From the NCBI GenBank assembly GCA_965225945.1, contig CBDDBZ010000028.1, positions 1-64,000 on the forward strand: a DNA stretch of 64,000 nucleotides. The letters are read 5' to 3'. Source of the DNA: Alphaproteobacteria bacterium. GTDB taxonomy: Bacteria; Pseudomonadota; Alphaproteobacteria; GCA-2731375. Below are positions 1 through 11,276 of the stretch, in pieces. The position numbers and the translations under genes were made by a program. Below the pieces are notes generated by a model. It saw nothing but the letters and a program-made list of their open reading frames with translations, had not been told where the DNA came from and did no database searches. The number at the start of each line of letters is the position of its first letter. The stretch's first letter is position 1.

Positions 1-147
1 CCATCCAGCGGTTCTGCCTCCGAACAATCGAAACCGCTGAACAGCAGGCGAAAATCATGCGAACTTCGGAATCGGGACACTAGGTAGCACGATCGTTACA
101 ATTCTTGTTGGCGCCCCACATCGAATCATTGTATATCGGCGCCCTTC

Positions 148-606
148 ATGCACACTATATCATTCCGACAGTTCATCGAATTTCTAAACGGCCGGGGGCC
201 ACGCTTTATATGTGTCGGCATCCTGCCGAATGAACTCGTGACACATCTGGGAACCAAGGCTGCGGAAATTCATCTGCAATACGATTACGCACGCAAACTT
301 TGGGAACGGCACAACTTGACCCCTCAGCACTACTACGCAATTGGCCGCTCATTAGAGCACGGGGAATGCAGGGCCGACAAAGGCGATTTGGTCTTCTTCT
401 ACGATGATAGCGCGCTTCTACGGACTCGGTTCAAACTGGTGATCAAGACAACAGTATTGAGAAACGAAACGTGGGTGAAAACATTTCATCGCCTAAATGC
501 CTTTGAGTTCAAGAGGCAGTCCGCCAAGTGTGAACTCATACGCCCAGCCCCTAAAAGCCCTTCTGACGGAGCCATGAGGCTTGGCCCCGCCAGAAGAATC
601 GACTAG
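148..606 (+). CDS. Stand-alone PBECR2-like (Barnase-EndoU-ColicinE5/D-RelE superfamily) putative ribonuclease
   Basis: 152-aa low-GC ORF. The pattern VGILPNELVTHLG...KLWERH.LT...Y...LEHGE...LVFF...FKLVIKTT...ETWVKTFHRL resembles the PBECR2 domain usually fused to phage MuF proteins. Recognised by eye, no HMM run. Confidence 0.6.
   Translation: MHTISFRQFIEFLNGRGPRFICVGILPNELVTHLGTKAAEIHLQYDYARKLWERHNLTPQHYYAIGRSLEHGECRADKGDLVFFYDDSALLRTRFKLVIKTTVLRNETWVKTFHRLNAFEFKRQSAKCELIRPAPKSPSDGAMRLGPARRID
553..598 (-). terminator. Putative intrinsic terminator of the candidate sRNA
   Basis: 15-bp stem 560-574/582-596, fully paired only on the minus strand (two G-U pairs), followed by UUUU (556-553). 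Confidence 0.5.
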
Positions 607-703
607 TCACGACCGAGGGACTCCTAGGGCTCCCTCTACTGCACCTGCCACATGAAGCCTCAAGCGGCAGAGCGACGGCCAGGAGATTCACCGAGTCTGT
701 CGC
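553..703 (-). ncRNA. Candidate structured small RNA, convergent with and overlapping the 3' end of the nuclease gene
   Basis: Closing stem 610-613/699-702 and three hairpins (615-620/631-636, 644-651/664-671, 676-679/690-693). Loops 621-626 and 680-685 are complementary. A/C appositions on + become G-U pairs on -. Bounded by a promoter (710-738) and a terminator (553-598). Confidence 0.55.
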
Positions 704-709
704 CCCACA

Positions 710-738
710 AGATTAGACGATTCGTCGCGCAGAATCAA
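710..738 (-). promoter_or_regulatory. Sigma70-like promoter for the candidate sRNA
   Basis: Minus strand TTGATT (738-733), 17-nt spacer, TAATCT (715-710). Predicted start near 703, exactly at the edge of the structured element. Confidence 0.6.
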
Positions 739-932
739 TAGGTTAGGAAAAAGTGACTGATCGATGAATAGTCGAGTCGCTTCAATGGTTTAGCCTGATA
801 TTTCCCGGTACCCCTTCCATTGTCGGCTCACCGGATGCCCAGCAACGGCGACGCGCCAGCGCGACTAGGCAGGGGCGGCGTAACAAATCGTCCGGCGTAG
901 GCGAAGCCCGGCGCGAGCGGGCACCCGCGCGC

Positions 933-1874
933 TCAGACCAGCCCGGGAATCGGCGTCGCGTGCCAGCCGTCGGTCTTCTTGGCCCAGTAGAGCTCGCCGA
1001 TCCGGGTGGTCACCGGCCCCGGCGCGCCGTTCGAGAGGATGGTGTCGTCGATTCTGGTCACCGCCATCACGCCGCCGGCGGTGGAGGAGATGAAGACCTC
1101 GTCCGCCGCCCGCAGCTCGTCGGGCGAGATCACCCGGGCCTCGGCGGCGAGACCGAGCTCGCCCGCCAGCTCCAGCACCGACCGCCGGGTGATCCCCTCC
1201 AGCATGCCGAGCTCCGGTGTGGCCACCCTCTCGCCCAGGACGGAGAAGACGTTGAAGCCCGGCCCCTCGGTGATGTTGCCGGCCATGTCGAGCACCAGGC
1301 AGGTATCGGCGCCACCATCCAACGCCTCCATCAGCGCCCGGGTCAGATCGCCCCGGTGGAAGGTCTTGATCCGGGGATCGAGCGATTCCGGCGGGATCCG
1401 CGCGATGTCGCTGATCGCCACGTGGAGGCCGCGGGCGCCCTCCGGCAGGTTCTTGTCGATCGTGTCCAAGGGCCGGCTGAAGGCCCAGAAGCGGTTCTTG
1501 TTCTGGCTCGGGTCGCGCGGCGCCGCCGGCGAGGTCTGGCCCCGGGTGCAGACGACCTGCACCATCTGCTCGGCCCGCCCGTCGAGCCGGGCCAGCGTCA
1601 CCATGATCTCGCGGATCGCCGCGTCGTCATGTCCCGGATCGAGCTTCAGCGCCTCGCAGGACTGGCGAAAGCGGCGAATGTGGTCGTCCAGCCGGAAGGC
1701 CATGCCGCGCCAGACGTGCGCCGTGTCGAAGCAGGCGTCCGAGCGCAGGAAGCCGAAATCCATGATCGGCACCGCGAGCTCCGCCAGCGGCCGGTATTCG
1801 CCGTCGGTGTAGCCGGCGCCGCCGGCGAAATCCTCGGCCGACCGGCCGAGCTCCAGATCCTCCACCAAGGCCAT
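933..1874 (-). CDS. Class IV aminotransferase (BCAT/D-amino-acid aminotransferase family)
   Basis: Motifs DFGFLRSDACFD, FRLDDHIRRF, EGPGFNVF, LEGITR, ADEVFISSTAGG. RBS precedes the ATG at 1874. Confidence 0.9.
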   Translation of the reverse strand: MALVEDLELGRSAEDFAGGAGYTDGEYRPLAELAVPIMDFGFLRSDACFDTAHVWRGMAFRLDDHIRRFRQSCEALKLDPGHDDAAIREIMVTLARLDGRAEQMVQVVCTRGQTSPAAPRDPSQNKNRFWAFSRPLDTIDKNLPEGARGLHVAISDIARIPPESLDPRIKTFHRGDLTRALMEALDGGADTCLVLDMAGNITEGPGFNVFSVLGERVATPELGMLEGITRRSVLELAGELGLAAEARVISPDELRAADEVFISSTAGGVMAVTRIDDTILSNGAPGPVTTRIGELYWAKKTDGWHATPIPGLV

Positions 1875-1947
1875 CGCATCTCTCCCTCGATTGCTCTGCC
1901 AGGGCGCCATGCTAACCGAGATTCCTCGCGGGCGCGAGGCCGGCGCT

Positions 1948-2586
1948 TCAGGCCAGCGTGGTCTTGGCCTCCCAGCGGCAGAGCTCGGCGACGACGCAGG
2001 CCGGGCAATCGGGCTTGCGCGCCTTGCAGACGTAGCGTCCGTGTAGGATCAGCCAGTGATGGGCGTGCTGCTTGAAGCCTGCCGGCACCACCTCGTCTAG
2101 CTTGCTCTCCACGGCGAACGGGGTCTTGGCGGGCGCCAGGCCGGTGCGGTTGGCGACCCGGAAGACATGGGTGTCGACGGCGATGGTCGGCTCGCCGAAG
2201 GCGTTGTTGAGGACCACGCTGGCGGTCTTGCGGCCGACCCCCGGCAAGCTCTCGAGCTCATCCCGCGTGCTCGGCACCTCGCCGCCGTGCGCCTCGATCA
2301 GGATCCGGCTCAAAGCGATGACGTTCCGGGCCTTGGTGTTGTAGAGGCCGATGGTGCGGATGTAGTCGCGCAGGCCGTCCTCGCCCAGCGCGACCATCTG
2401 CTCCGGCGTCCAGACCACCTCGAAGAGCGGTCCCGTCGCCTTGTTGACGCCGACGTCCGTCGCCTGCGCCGAGAGCACCACGGCGACCAGCAGGGTATAG
2501 GGGTTCTTGAAATCGAGCTCGCTGCGGGGCGCGGGATACTTGGCCGCGAGCCGCGTGAAGAAGCTTTCGACAGCGGCCTTGCGCAT
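1948..2586 (-). CDS. nth: Endonuclease III
   Basis: LLVAVVLSAQATD, HhH motif LPGVGRKTA, AVDTHVFR, and the Fe-S motif C-X6-C-X2-C-X5-C. Confidence 0.95.
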   Translation of the reverse strand: MRKAAVESFFTRLAAKYPAPRSELDFKNPYTLLVAVVLSAQATDVGVNKATGPLFEVVWTPEQMVALGEDGLRDYIRTIGLYNTKARNVIALSRILIEAHGGEVPSTRDELESLPGVGRKTASVVLNNAFGEPTIAVDTHVFRVANRTGLAPAKTPFAVESKLDEVVPAGFKQHAHHWLILHGRYVCKARKPDCPACVVAELCRWEAKTTLA

Positions 2587-2600
2587 CGTCGAGCCGGCCT

Positions 2601-4396
2601 CTAGCGGCGGCCGAACAGCCGCTCGATGTCGGCGAGCTTCAGTTCGATATAGGTCGGGCGGCCGTGGTTGCACTGGCCGGCGTTGGGGGTCCGCTCCATG
2701 TCGCGCAGCAGGGCGTTCATCTCCTCGACACTCAACTGCCGCCCGGCCCTGACCGAGGCGTGACACGCCATGGTCGCTACGACATCGTCGAGGCGCTCCT
2801 TCAGTTCCAGCGCGGCGCCGATTTCCGCCAACTCGTCGGCGAGGTCCCTGACCAGGCCCCGGACCTCGGTCCGCCCCAGCGCCGCCGGCACCTCGCGCAC
2901 CACCACCGCGCCCTCGCCGAAGGCTTCCAGCACCAGGCCCAGTTCGGCCAGCTCGCCGGCCCGGGCAGCCAGCCGGTCGACCGCCGCCGGGTCCAGTTCC
3001 ACCACCTCCGGCAGCAGCAGCATCTGGCGGGCGACGCCGCGGGCGCCGAGTTCGGCCTTCAGCTTTTCCATGACGATGCGCTCGTGCGCCGCGTGCTGGT
3101 CGACGATCACCACCCCGTCCCGGGTCTGGGCGATCACATAGGTCGCATGCAGCTGGGCCCGCGCCGCGCCCAGGGGATGGTCTTGCTCGGCCACGGCCAC
3201 GGCCTCGAGGGGAGCTGCCGAGGGTGCCGCCGTGCCGGCGAGCCGCCAAGCCTCGCCCGACGGCGGCGCCTGGTAGGCGGCCGCCGTCTCGGCCAGGCCG
3301 CTCGCCACTCGCCCGCCATGGCGGGCCGTGTTCCAGGGCAGCGAGGCGCTCGCGCGGACCGCGGCAAGCGCCGCCTCCGAGACCGTGCTCGCCGAGCGAT
3401 GGCCCGCCGCGGCCAGCGCGTGGCGGAGGGCGGAGACGATGAGCCCGCGGACCTCGCCCGCCTCGCGGAACCGCACCTCCGCCTTGGCCGGGTGCACGTT
3501 CACGTCGACCTCGCCGGCCGGCAGATCGAGATAGAGCACGACGGCGGCATGCCGGTCGCGCGCCAGCACGTCGCTATAGGCGCCCCGGATGGCGCCCCCC
3601 AGCAGGCGGTCGCGCACGGCACGGCCGTTGACGAAGAGATATTGTTGCAGCGTGTTCGCCCGGTTGTATGTCGGCAGGGCGACGTAACCGGAGAGCCGGA
3701 GCGCGCCCCGCTCGGCCCGAATCGGAATGGCGTTGTCGGCAAAGCCCCGGCCCAGCACACCGGCGATCCGCTCCAGCCGCCGCGCCTCGCCTTCGCCCGG
3801 CGCCGGCGGCAGCTTGACCAGCGAGCGGGCGCCGTCACCCAGCGCGAAGCCGACGTCGGGCCGCGCGAGCGCCAGTCGGCGCACCGTGTCGGTCGCGTGG
3901 TTGAACTCGGTGCGGGCGGTCTTGAGGAACTTGAGGCGGGCCGGAATGGCGCGAAACAGCTCGCGCACCTCGATTCGGGTGCCGGCGGAATGCGCCGCCG
4001 GGCGGCCCGGCCGCAAGGTGCCGTGCTCGACCTCCAGGCGCCAAGCGTGCGCGTCCTCTCGGCGCCGGCTGGTGATGGCGAGGCGGCTCACGCCTGCGAT
4101 CGCGGGCAGCGCCTCGCCCCGGAAGCCGAGCCAGCGGATGTCCAGCAGGTCGTCGTCGGGAAGCTTAGAGGTGGCATGGCGCTCGAGCGCCAGCGCCATC
4201 TCGTCGGGTCCCATGCCATCGCCGTCGTCGTCGACTTGGATCAGCTCCCGGCCGCCGTCGACCAGCAGGGCCTCGACATGGCGCGCGCCGGCGTCGAGCG
4301 CGTTCTCCACCAGTTCCTTCAAGGCGCTGGCCGGACGCTCGATCACCTCGCCGGCGGCGATCCGGTTGATGGTAGCCTCGGGGAGCCGCCGGATGC

Positions 4397-4400
<4 letters not shown>
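2601..4400 (-). CDS. mutL: DNA mismatch repair endonuclease MutL
   Basis: [39 protein letters not shown]. Confidence 0.97.
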
Positions 4401-5710
<1,310 letters not shown>

Positions 5711-5849
5711 GGCGCGCGGCCGGACTTAGTCGAATCGAGGGTCGAGCCGAGCCTAGCAGGATCGCGCTCGCCTCGAAAGCGGGCCGGCGGCGGCGCGCAA
5801 TCGCGGCCGGCGATCGGGCTATGCTGGCGGGCATGAGGGGACCCAATCG

Positions 5850-6335
5850 ATGAAGACCTTTGTCACCCTGCTCGCGGGCGCGATCCTGGCGGCCTCGGCG
5901 CCGGGCCTCGGCGGGCTTGGCGCGATGCGCCGGGTCGCGGCAATCCCGATGTCGTGGGCGATCGAGCAGCGCATGGATTCCGCGAGCGGTGACAGAAGCT
6001 GCCTGGTGGTCTCGCTGGGCGCCGACGTGACCGCCCGTCTGGCGCGCGAAAGCGGCGCGCAAAGGGCGGCCTGGACGGTGATCGTGGGGCACGACAATTC
6101 CCCGGGATCGCTACGCTATTTGCGCATCGGCAAGGCCTACTACACCTCCCAAGGCCTGAGTTTTCGCGGCGCCGAGGCCAAGGAAATCGTGGCGCGACTG
6201 AGATCGCCGGGCGAATTCGTCTTCGAATGGGCGCGGCGCCCCGACCACGCGAAACAGGGGGGCCTGTTCGGAACCGGCGATTTCGCGGCGAAAGCCGCCA
6301 GGTGCGAAGGCTGGCTCCGCGGCACTCGAATCTAG
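5850..6335 (+). CDS. Hypothetical exported protein
   Basis: Hydrophobic N-terminus and two Cys. Its TAG stop lies within the CTAG target of the adjacent IS. Confidence 0.6.
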   Translation: MKTFVTLLAGAILAASAPGLGGLGAMRRVAAIPMSWAIEQRMDSASGDRSCLVVSLGADVTARLARESGAQRAAWTVIVGHDNSPGSLRYLRIGKAYYTSQGLSFRGAEAKEIVARLRSPGEFVFEWARRPDHAKQGGLFGTGDFAAKAARCEGWLRGTRI

Positions 6336-7948
6336 CAGCCTGTCGGACTTGAGCCGAGGGGTGTGATCTGATTCGATGGCATCGATTGATTCGCCCGCGA
6401 TTGATGGAGGCCGTGATGAGCAACTTCCGAGCGGTGGACCGCGAGACGGGGTTTCTGCTGCCGCCGTCGGTGGATGAATGGCTTCCCGAGCGGCATCTGG
6501 CGCGCTTCGTGGTCGAGGTGATCGAGCAGTTGGACCTCTCGGCGTTCGTGAAGGCCTATCGCGGCTCGGGCTCGGCGTCCTATCACCCGAGCGTGCTGCT
6601 GGGGCTTCTGGTCTACGGCTACGCCACGGGAGTGTTTTCGAGCCGCAAGCTGGAGCGCGCGAGCTATGATTCGGTGGCCTTCCGCTTCATCGCCGCCAAC
6701 GACCATCCCGACCACGACACCATCGCCAGCTTCCGGCGGCGCTTTCTCGTTTCGATCGAAGGGCTGTTCGTCGAGGTGCTGCTGCTGGCTCGGGAAACCG
6801 GGCTGCTGAAGCTGGGCACGGTGGCGCTGGACGGCACCAAGGTGCATGCCAACGCGAGCCGCCACAGTGCCTTGTCGTGGAAACACGCCTGCGAGATCGA
6901 AGCCCGGTTGAAGGCCGAGGTGGTGGAACTGATGAGGCTGGCGGAGGCGGCCGATGCGGCGGATGTGCCGGACGGGATGTCGGTACCGGAAGAACTGGCC
7001 CGGCGCGAGGATCGTCTGGCCCGCATCGCCGAGGCCAAGGCGGCGATCGAGGCGCGGGCGCGCGAACGCCATGAGCGGGAGCGGGCCGAGTACGAGGCGA
7101 AGCTCTAGGCGCGCGCGGAGAAGGCCGAGAAGACGGGCCGCAAGCCGGGCGGCCGTCCGCCCAAGCCGCCGGTGGCCGGGCCCGGGCCGAAGGACCAAGT
7201 CAATCTGACGGACGCGGACTCGCGCATCATGCCGGTGGCCGGCGGTGGCTTCGAACAGTCTTACAACGCCCAGGCCACGGTGGCGGTCGACAGCCTGCTG
7301 GTGGTCACCAACGATGTGGTCCAGGCCCCCAACGACAAGCAACACATCGAGCCGGCGCTGGAAGCGCTCGAGCGGCTCTCCGAGGCGCTGGGCGCGCCCG
7401 AGACCCTGCTGGCGGACAGCGGCTACTTCAGCGAGGCCAACGTGAAGGCCTGCGCCGAGGCCGGGATCGCGCCGCTGATCGCGCCCGCTCGGGAGCACCA
7501 TCATCTCTCCTGGAAGGACCGCTTCGCCGGAGCACCGCCGCCCCCGGAGAACCCGACGCCGCTGGAAGCGATGCGCCATCGACTGGCCTCGCCCGAGGGC
7601 CGGCAACTCTACGCCCTGCGCAAGCAAACGCCGGAACCGGTGTTCGGCATCATCAAATCGGTGATGGGCTTCCGCCAGTTCTCGCTACGCGGCCTGGACA
7701 AGGTCAGGGGCGAATGGAACTTGGTGACCCTGGCTTGGAACATCAAAAGAATGTTCACCCTGCAATACGCGTGAGCAAGCGGCCCAACTCCGTGTCCTCG
7801 CGAAAGGGCCTAAAGTGTATGCTCGCCTCGCGATACACGCGAGCAAGCGGCCGGACGCCATGTCCTCACGAAAGATGCCCGAACCCATGACCTCTCCACA
7901 TCCCGATCCGTCCACACCCCTTCTCGCGGACCTCAGTCCGACAGGCTG
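6336..7948 (+). mobile_element. IS1182-family insertion sequence
   Basis: 14-bp terminal inverted repeats CAGCCTGTCGGACT (6336-6349) and AGTCCGACAGGCTG (7935-7948), with CTAG on both flanks. Confidence 0.9.
6416..7774 (+). pseudogene. IS1182-family DDE transposase with an in-frame amber stop at 7106-7108
   Basis: ORFs 6386-7108 and 7172-7774 share a frame. Motifs SSRKLERA, ALDGTKVHANAS, NLTDADSRIM, LADSGYFS, EPVFGIIK. Confidence 0.88.
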
Positions 7949-7952
7949 CTAG

Positions 7953-10568
7953 TCGGGCAGACCTTCGCGGTGGATGATATTGGCACCCATGAGTTGAAGG
8001 GATTCGATGCCGCGGTGCAGGCATGGCGCATCGCGGGCGAAGTTGTGGCGGAAAGCCGTTTTGAAGCCGCCCACGGTGCCTCGTTGACGCGGTTTGTCGG
8101 TCGCGAAACGGAGTTGCAGCTGCTGGTCGACCGTTGGCGGCTGGCGGAAGGCGGCGAAGGCCAGGCGGTGTTGATCTCCGGCGAGGCGGGCATCGGCAAA
8201 TCCAGATTGATGCAGGGCTTGCGCGATCAGGTGGCGGAAGAGGATCACATTCGCATTCGCTATCAGTGTTCGCCCTACCACACCAACAGCGCGCTCTACC
8301 CGACGATCCACCAGTTGGAGCGTTCGGCCGGCTTCGCACCGGACGACGATGGCGAAGACAAGCTCGACAAGCTGGAAACATTATTGCGCCAAGCGGGTGA
8401 CGACATAGAGGCCGATGCGCCGCTGTTCGCCAATCTGCTGTCGTTGCCTTTCGAGGCGCGCTATGGCGCCCTCGATCAACCGCCGCAGCAGATCAAGGAG
8501 CGCCTGCTGGAGGCGATTATCGCCCAGCTTCTACGGCTGGCGGAGCGCAGCCCTGTATTGTTCCTGTTCGAGGATACCCATTGGATCGATCCCTCCAGCC
8601 AGGAGTTGCTGGAGCTGACCATGGGGCGACTTCAACAGGCACGGGTTTTGCTCATCATCACGCACCGGCCGGAATGGCAGTCACCGTTCACCGGCCACAA
8701 TCATGTCACATCGCTGCAACTCAATCGCCTTGGCAGGGCCCAAGGCGCTGAAATCGTGCGTGCGATCGCCGGTGGTTATGTTTCAGATGATGTGGTCGCG
8801 CGCATCGTCTCCCGCACCGATGGGGTGCCGCTCTTTATCGAGGAACTGACGAAGTCGCTGGTCGAAGGCGGCCTCGACGTCGCGGAAACAGACATCCCGG
8901 CCACATTGCAGGCATCGCTGCTGGCGCGTCTCGACCGGCTCGGCGCCGAAGCCAAGGAAATTGCACAGATTGGTGCCGTGATCGGCCGCGAGTTCAACCA
9001 CGAATTGCTGGTGTCGATTGCTGAAAAATCCACCGAGGACCTCGACATCGCCCTGACCGGCTGATCCACTCCGAACTGGTCTCCCGCGCCGGCACGCCGC
9101 CGGAGGTCAACTACACCTTCAAACATGCGCTGATACAGGACGCGGCACATGCGAGCCTGTTACGCACGCGTCGGCAAAGTCTGCATGGTTCCATTGCGAA
9201 AGCATTGGAATATGATTTTCCGAACCTCGCCAACTCGCAGCCGCAGATACTTTCCCACCACTATTCGAATGCGAGCATGACCGAAAAGGCTGTTGCCAAC
9301 TGGCTGGAAGCGAGCCATCGAGCGGCTCGGACATCCGCCAACGCCGCAGCTTATGAGAGCCTCAAGCGAGGGCTTGTAGACCTGGAAGGCCTACCGGAAG
9401 GGGTTGAACGTGATGAACGTGAACTCGATCTGCAGCTGGCGTTGATCAACCCGCTCATCGCCCTAAAGGGTTACTCGGCGCCTGAAACCACGGCTACCTC
9501 GACGCGTGCCATCGCGTTATGCCGGCAAACCGGACAGGCATCCCGCATCTTTCCGGCTCTGTACGGTCAGTGGAGCAACTTCTATGTGCGCGGCCACATC
9601 GCTCGGACCAAGGAACTCGGTGCCGATTACCTCGAACTGGCGAAATCTCAGCAAGAGATCGTGCCTCGGCTGGTTGGTCACCGCATCATGGGAACATCGT
9701 CCGTGATCGGCGGGTCGCCGAGTGCCGCCTTGCACCATCTCGAACAGGCTCGGGCCTTGTTCGATCCCTCGCGCGATGCCGAAACGGTCTTCAGCTTTGG
9801 CCAGGATGTTAGCGTTGCGGCACTATGCTGGCTGTCTTTGACCTCATGCCTAGTCGGGTATCCCGATCGAGCCGACAGTTGTGCGCAAGAAACGGTTTCA
9901 CGTTCCCGAACAGTCGATCATGCAAGTACCATGTGTTTGACCTTGATGCACATGTTAATAACGGCGTTGCTGTTGCGCGATCGACAAACCTTGGAGCGAT
10001 ATACCGCTGAACTTCAACCGTTGGCTCATGAACATGGCCTGCCGCTATTCCGAGCGGCCGCAATGCCGTTCCAGGGTGTGGTTTTAGGCCTACAAGCACG
10101 ACCACAAAAAGGGCTTGAAGAAGTCGAACAAGGTATCGAAACGATGGCAAGTCTCCAATTCAAAATATACTTGCCGGTTTGGTTGTTGATACGAGTAGAG
10201 CTACTGAGAGACCTGGGGCGTGCAGAGACGCCCTTGCGTCCATCGATGAAGCTATCAAGATCGTTTTCGAAACCGGGGAACATTGGTTTGAGCCGGAATT
10301 AATTCGTGTTCGCGGCGAGATCTATTCCACATTGTCCCGAGAAAGCGAAGCCGAAGTTGCATTCAGTGCGGCACTCGCCATTGCGCGAGATCAGGCGGCC
10401 AAATGGTGGGAAATCAGAACCGCGGTATCGCTCGCTCGGTTTTGGCAAGGTCAGCACAAGGACGGTGAGGCCCGCGACCTGCTTGCCCCGATCTACAATT
10501 GGTTCACCGAGGGCTTCGACACGCCCGACCTGAAGCAGGCGAAGGCGCTCCTTGACGAACTGGCCTGA
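7953..10568 (+). pseudogene. 5'-truncated, frameshifted adenylate/guanylate cyclase-AAA ATPase-TPR protein
   Basis: Begins with the cyclase C-terminal tail (ELKGF) directly at the IS end. Walker A GEAGIGKS; C-terminal FTEGFDTPDLKQAKALL. Split over at least three frames; lower GC. Confidence 0.85.
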
Positions 10569-10588
10569 CTTCTGCTCTTGGCTAAGAA

Positions 10589-11245
10589 TCACCGAATCGG
10601 CCACCCGGGCCGAGCCTTCGTCGTACCTTTCGCGGGTCTCCTCGCCTCGGCCACGAGGGCGCCGATGGCGGCGATGCCGACGGCGCCGGTCGGCCGCAGG
10701 CGCGGCGCGGTCCGAGAATCGATGCCCCCCAAGGCGTAGACCGGCAACGCTGCCTCGCGGACCAGCCGGGCGAAACGGTGGCCCCCCAGCACCGGCGCGT
10801 CGGGATGGCTCGCCGTCGCGAAGACCGGCGAGAGCAGGGCGGCTTCGGCGCCGGCCCTGGCGGCGCGGCGGAGCGCCGGCGCGGAATGCGCCGCCGCCGT
10901 CACCAGCAATCGCGGATCGGCCGGGATCCGGCGCGCGGAGCGAAGCGCGTGTTCCGGCAGATGCAGCCCGTCGGCGCCAAGCGCCGCCGCGAGGCGCGCG
11001 TCGCCGGCGATCGACAGCAGGACACCGGCCCGGCGGCAGACCTCGAGGAGGCGCCGCGCCATGTCGGCACGATTCGCGGCGTCGTGGTGGCGCAGGATCA
11101 CCATGGCGCCCGGCGGCAGGCCCGCGATCACCGGGGCCGGATCGGGCAGGCGGCGCCAATCGGTCATCAGGATCACCGCCGGTAGCCCCGCGCCCTCCGG
11201 GTGGCGCCGATTGAGCACCATCGCCACCTCTGTTACCGTCGCCAT
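10589..11245 (-). CDS. Thiamine phosphate synthase (TMP-TENI) family protein
   Basis: ADGLHLPE, SPVFATASH, PVYALGGI. Confidence 0.8.
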   Translation of the reverse strand: MATVTEVAMVLNRRHPEGAGLPAVILMTDWRRLPDPAPVIAGLPPGAMVILRHHDAANRADMARRLLEVCRRAGVLLSIAGDARLAAALGADGLHLPEHALRSARRIPADPRLLVTAAAHSAPALRRAARAGAEAALLSPVFATASHPDAPVLGGHRFARLVREAALPVYALGGIDSRTAPRLRPTGAVGIAAIGALVAEARRPAKGTTKARPGWPIR

Positions 11246-11276
11246 GTCCCGACCCCCTTGGAGCGCCGAACCTGCC

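Noticed and set aside
609-703. Canonical tRNA or known riboswitch
   Set aside because: No TTC T-loop, anticodon arm or CCA end, and no downstream gene on the transcribed strand for a riboswitch to control.
112-709. 9-bp direct repeat CGCCCCACA at 112-120 and 701-709 bracketing the nuclease and RNA
   Set aside because: Too short to call a target duplication or operator, and it would cut through both predicted promoters. Worth rechecking in homologues.
804-819. Possible tRNA 3' fragment ending in CCA
   Set aside because: No T-arm (GTTCRA) and no recognisable isotype; kept only as a tentative att core.
7106-7108. Programmed amber readthrough or pyrrolysine in the transposase
   Set aside because: No pyl genes are visible and TAG ends many genes normally here; a point mutation or base error is simpler.
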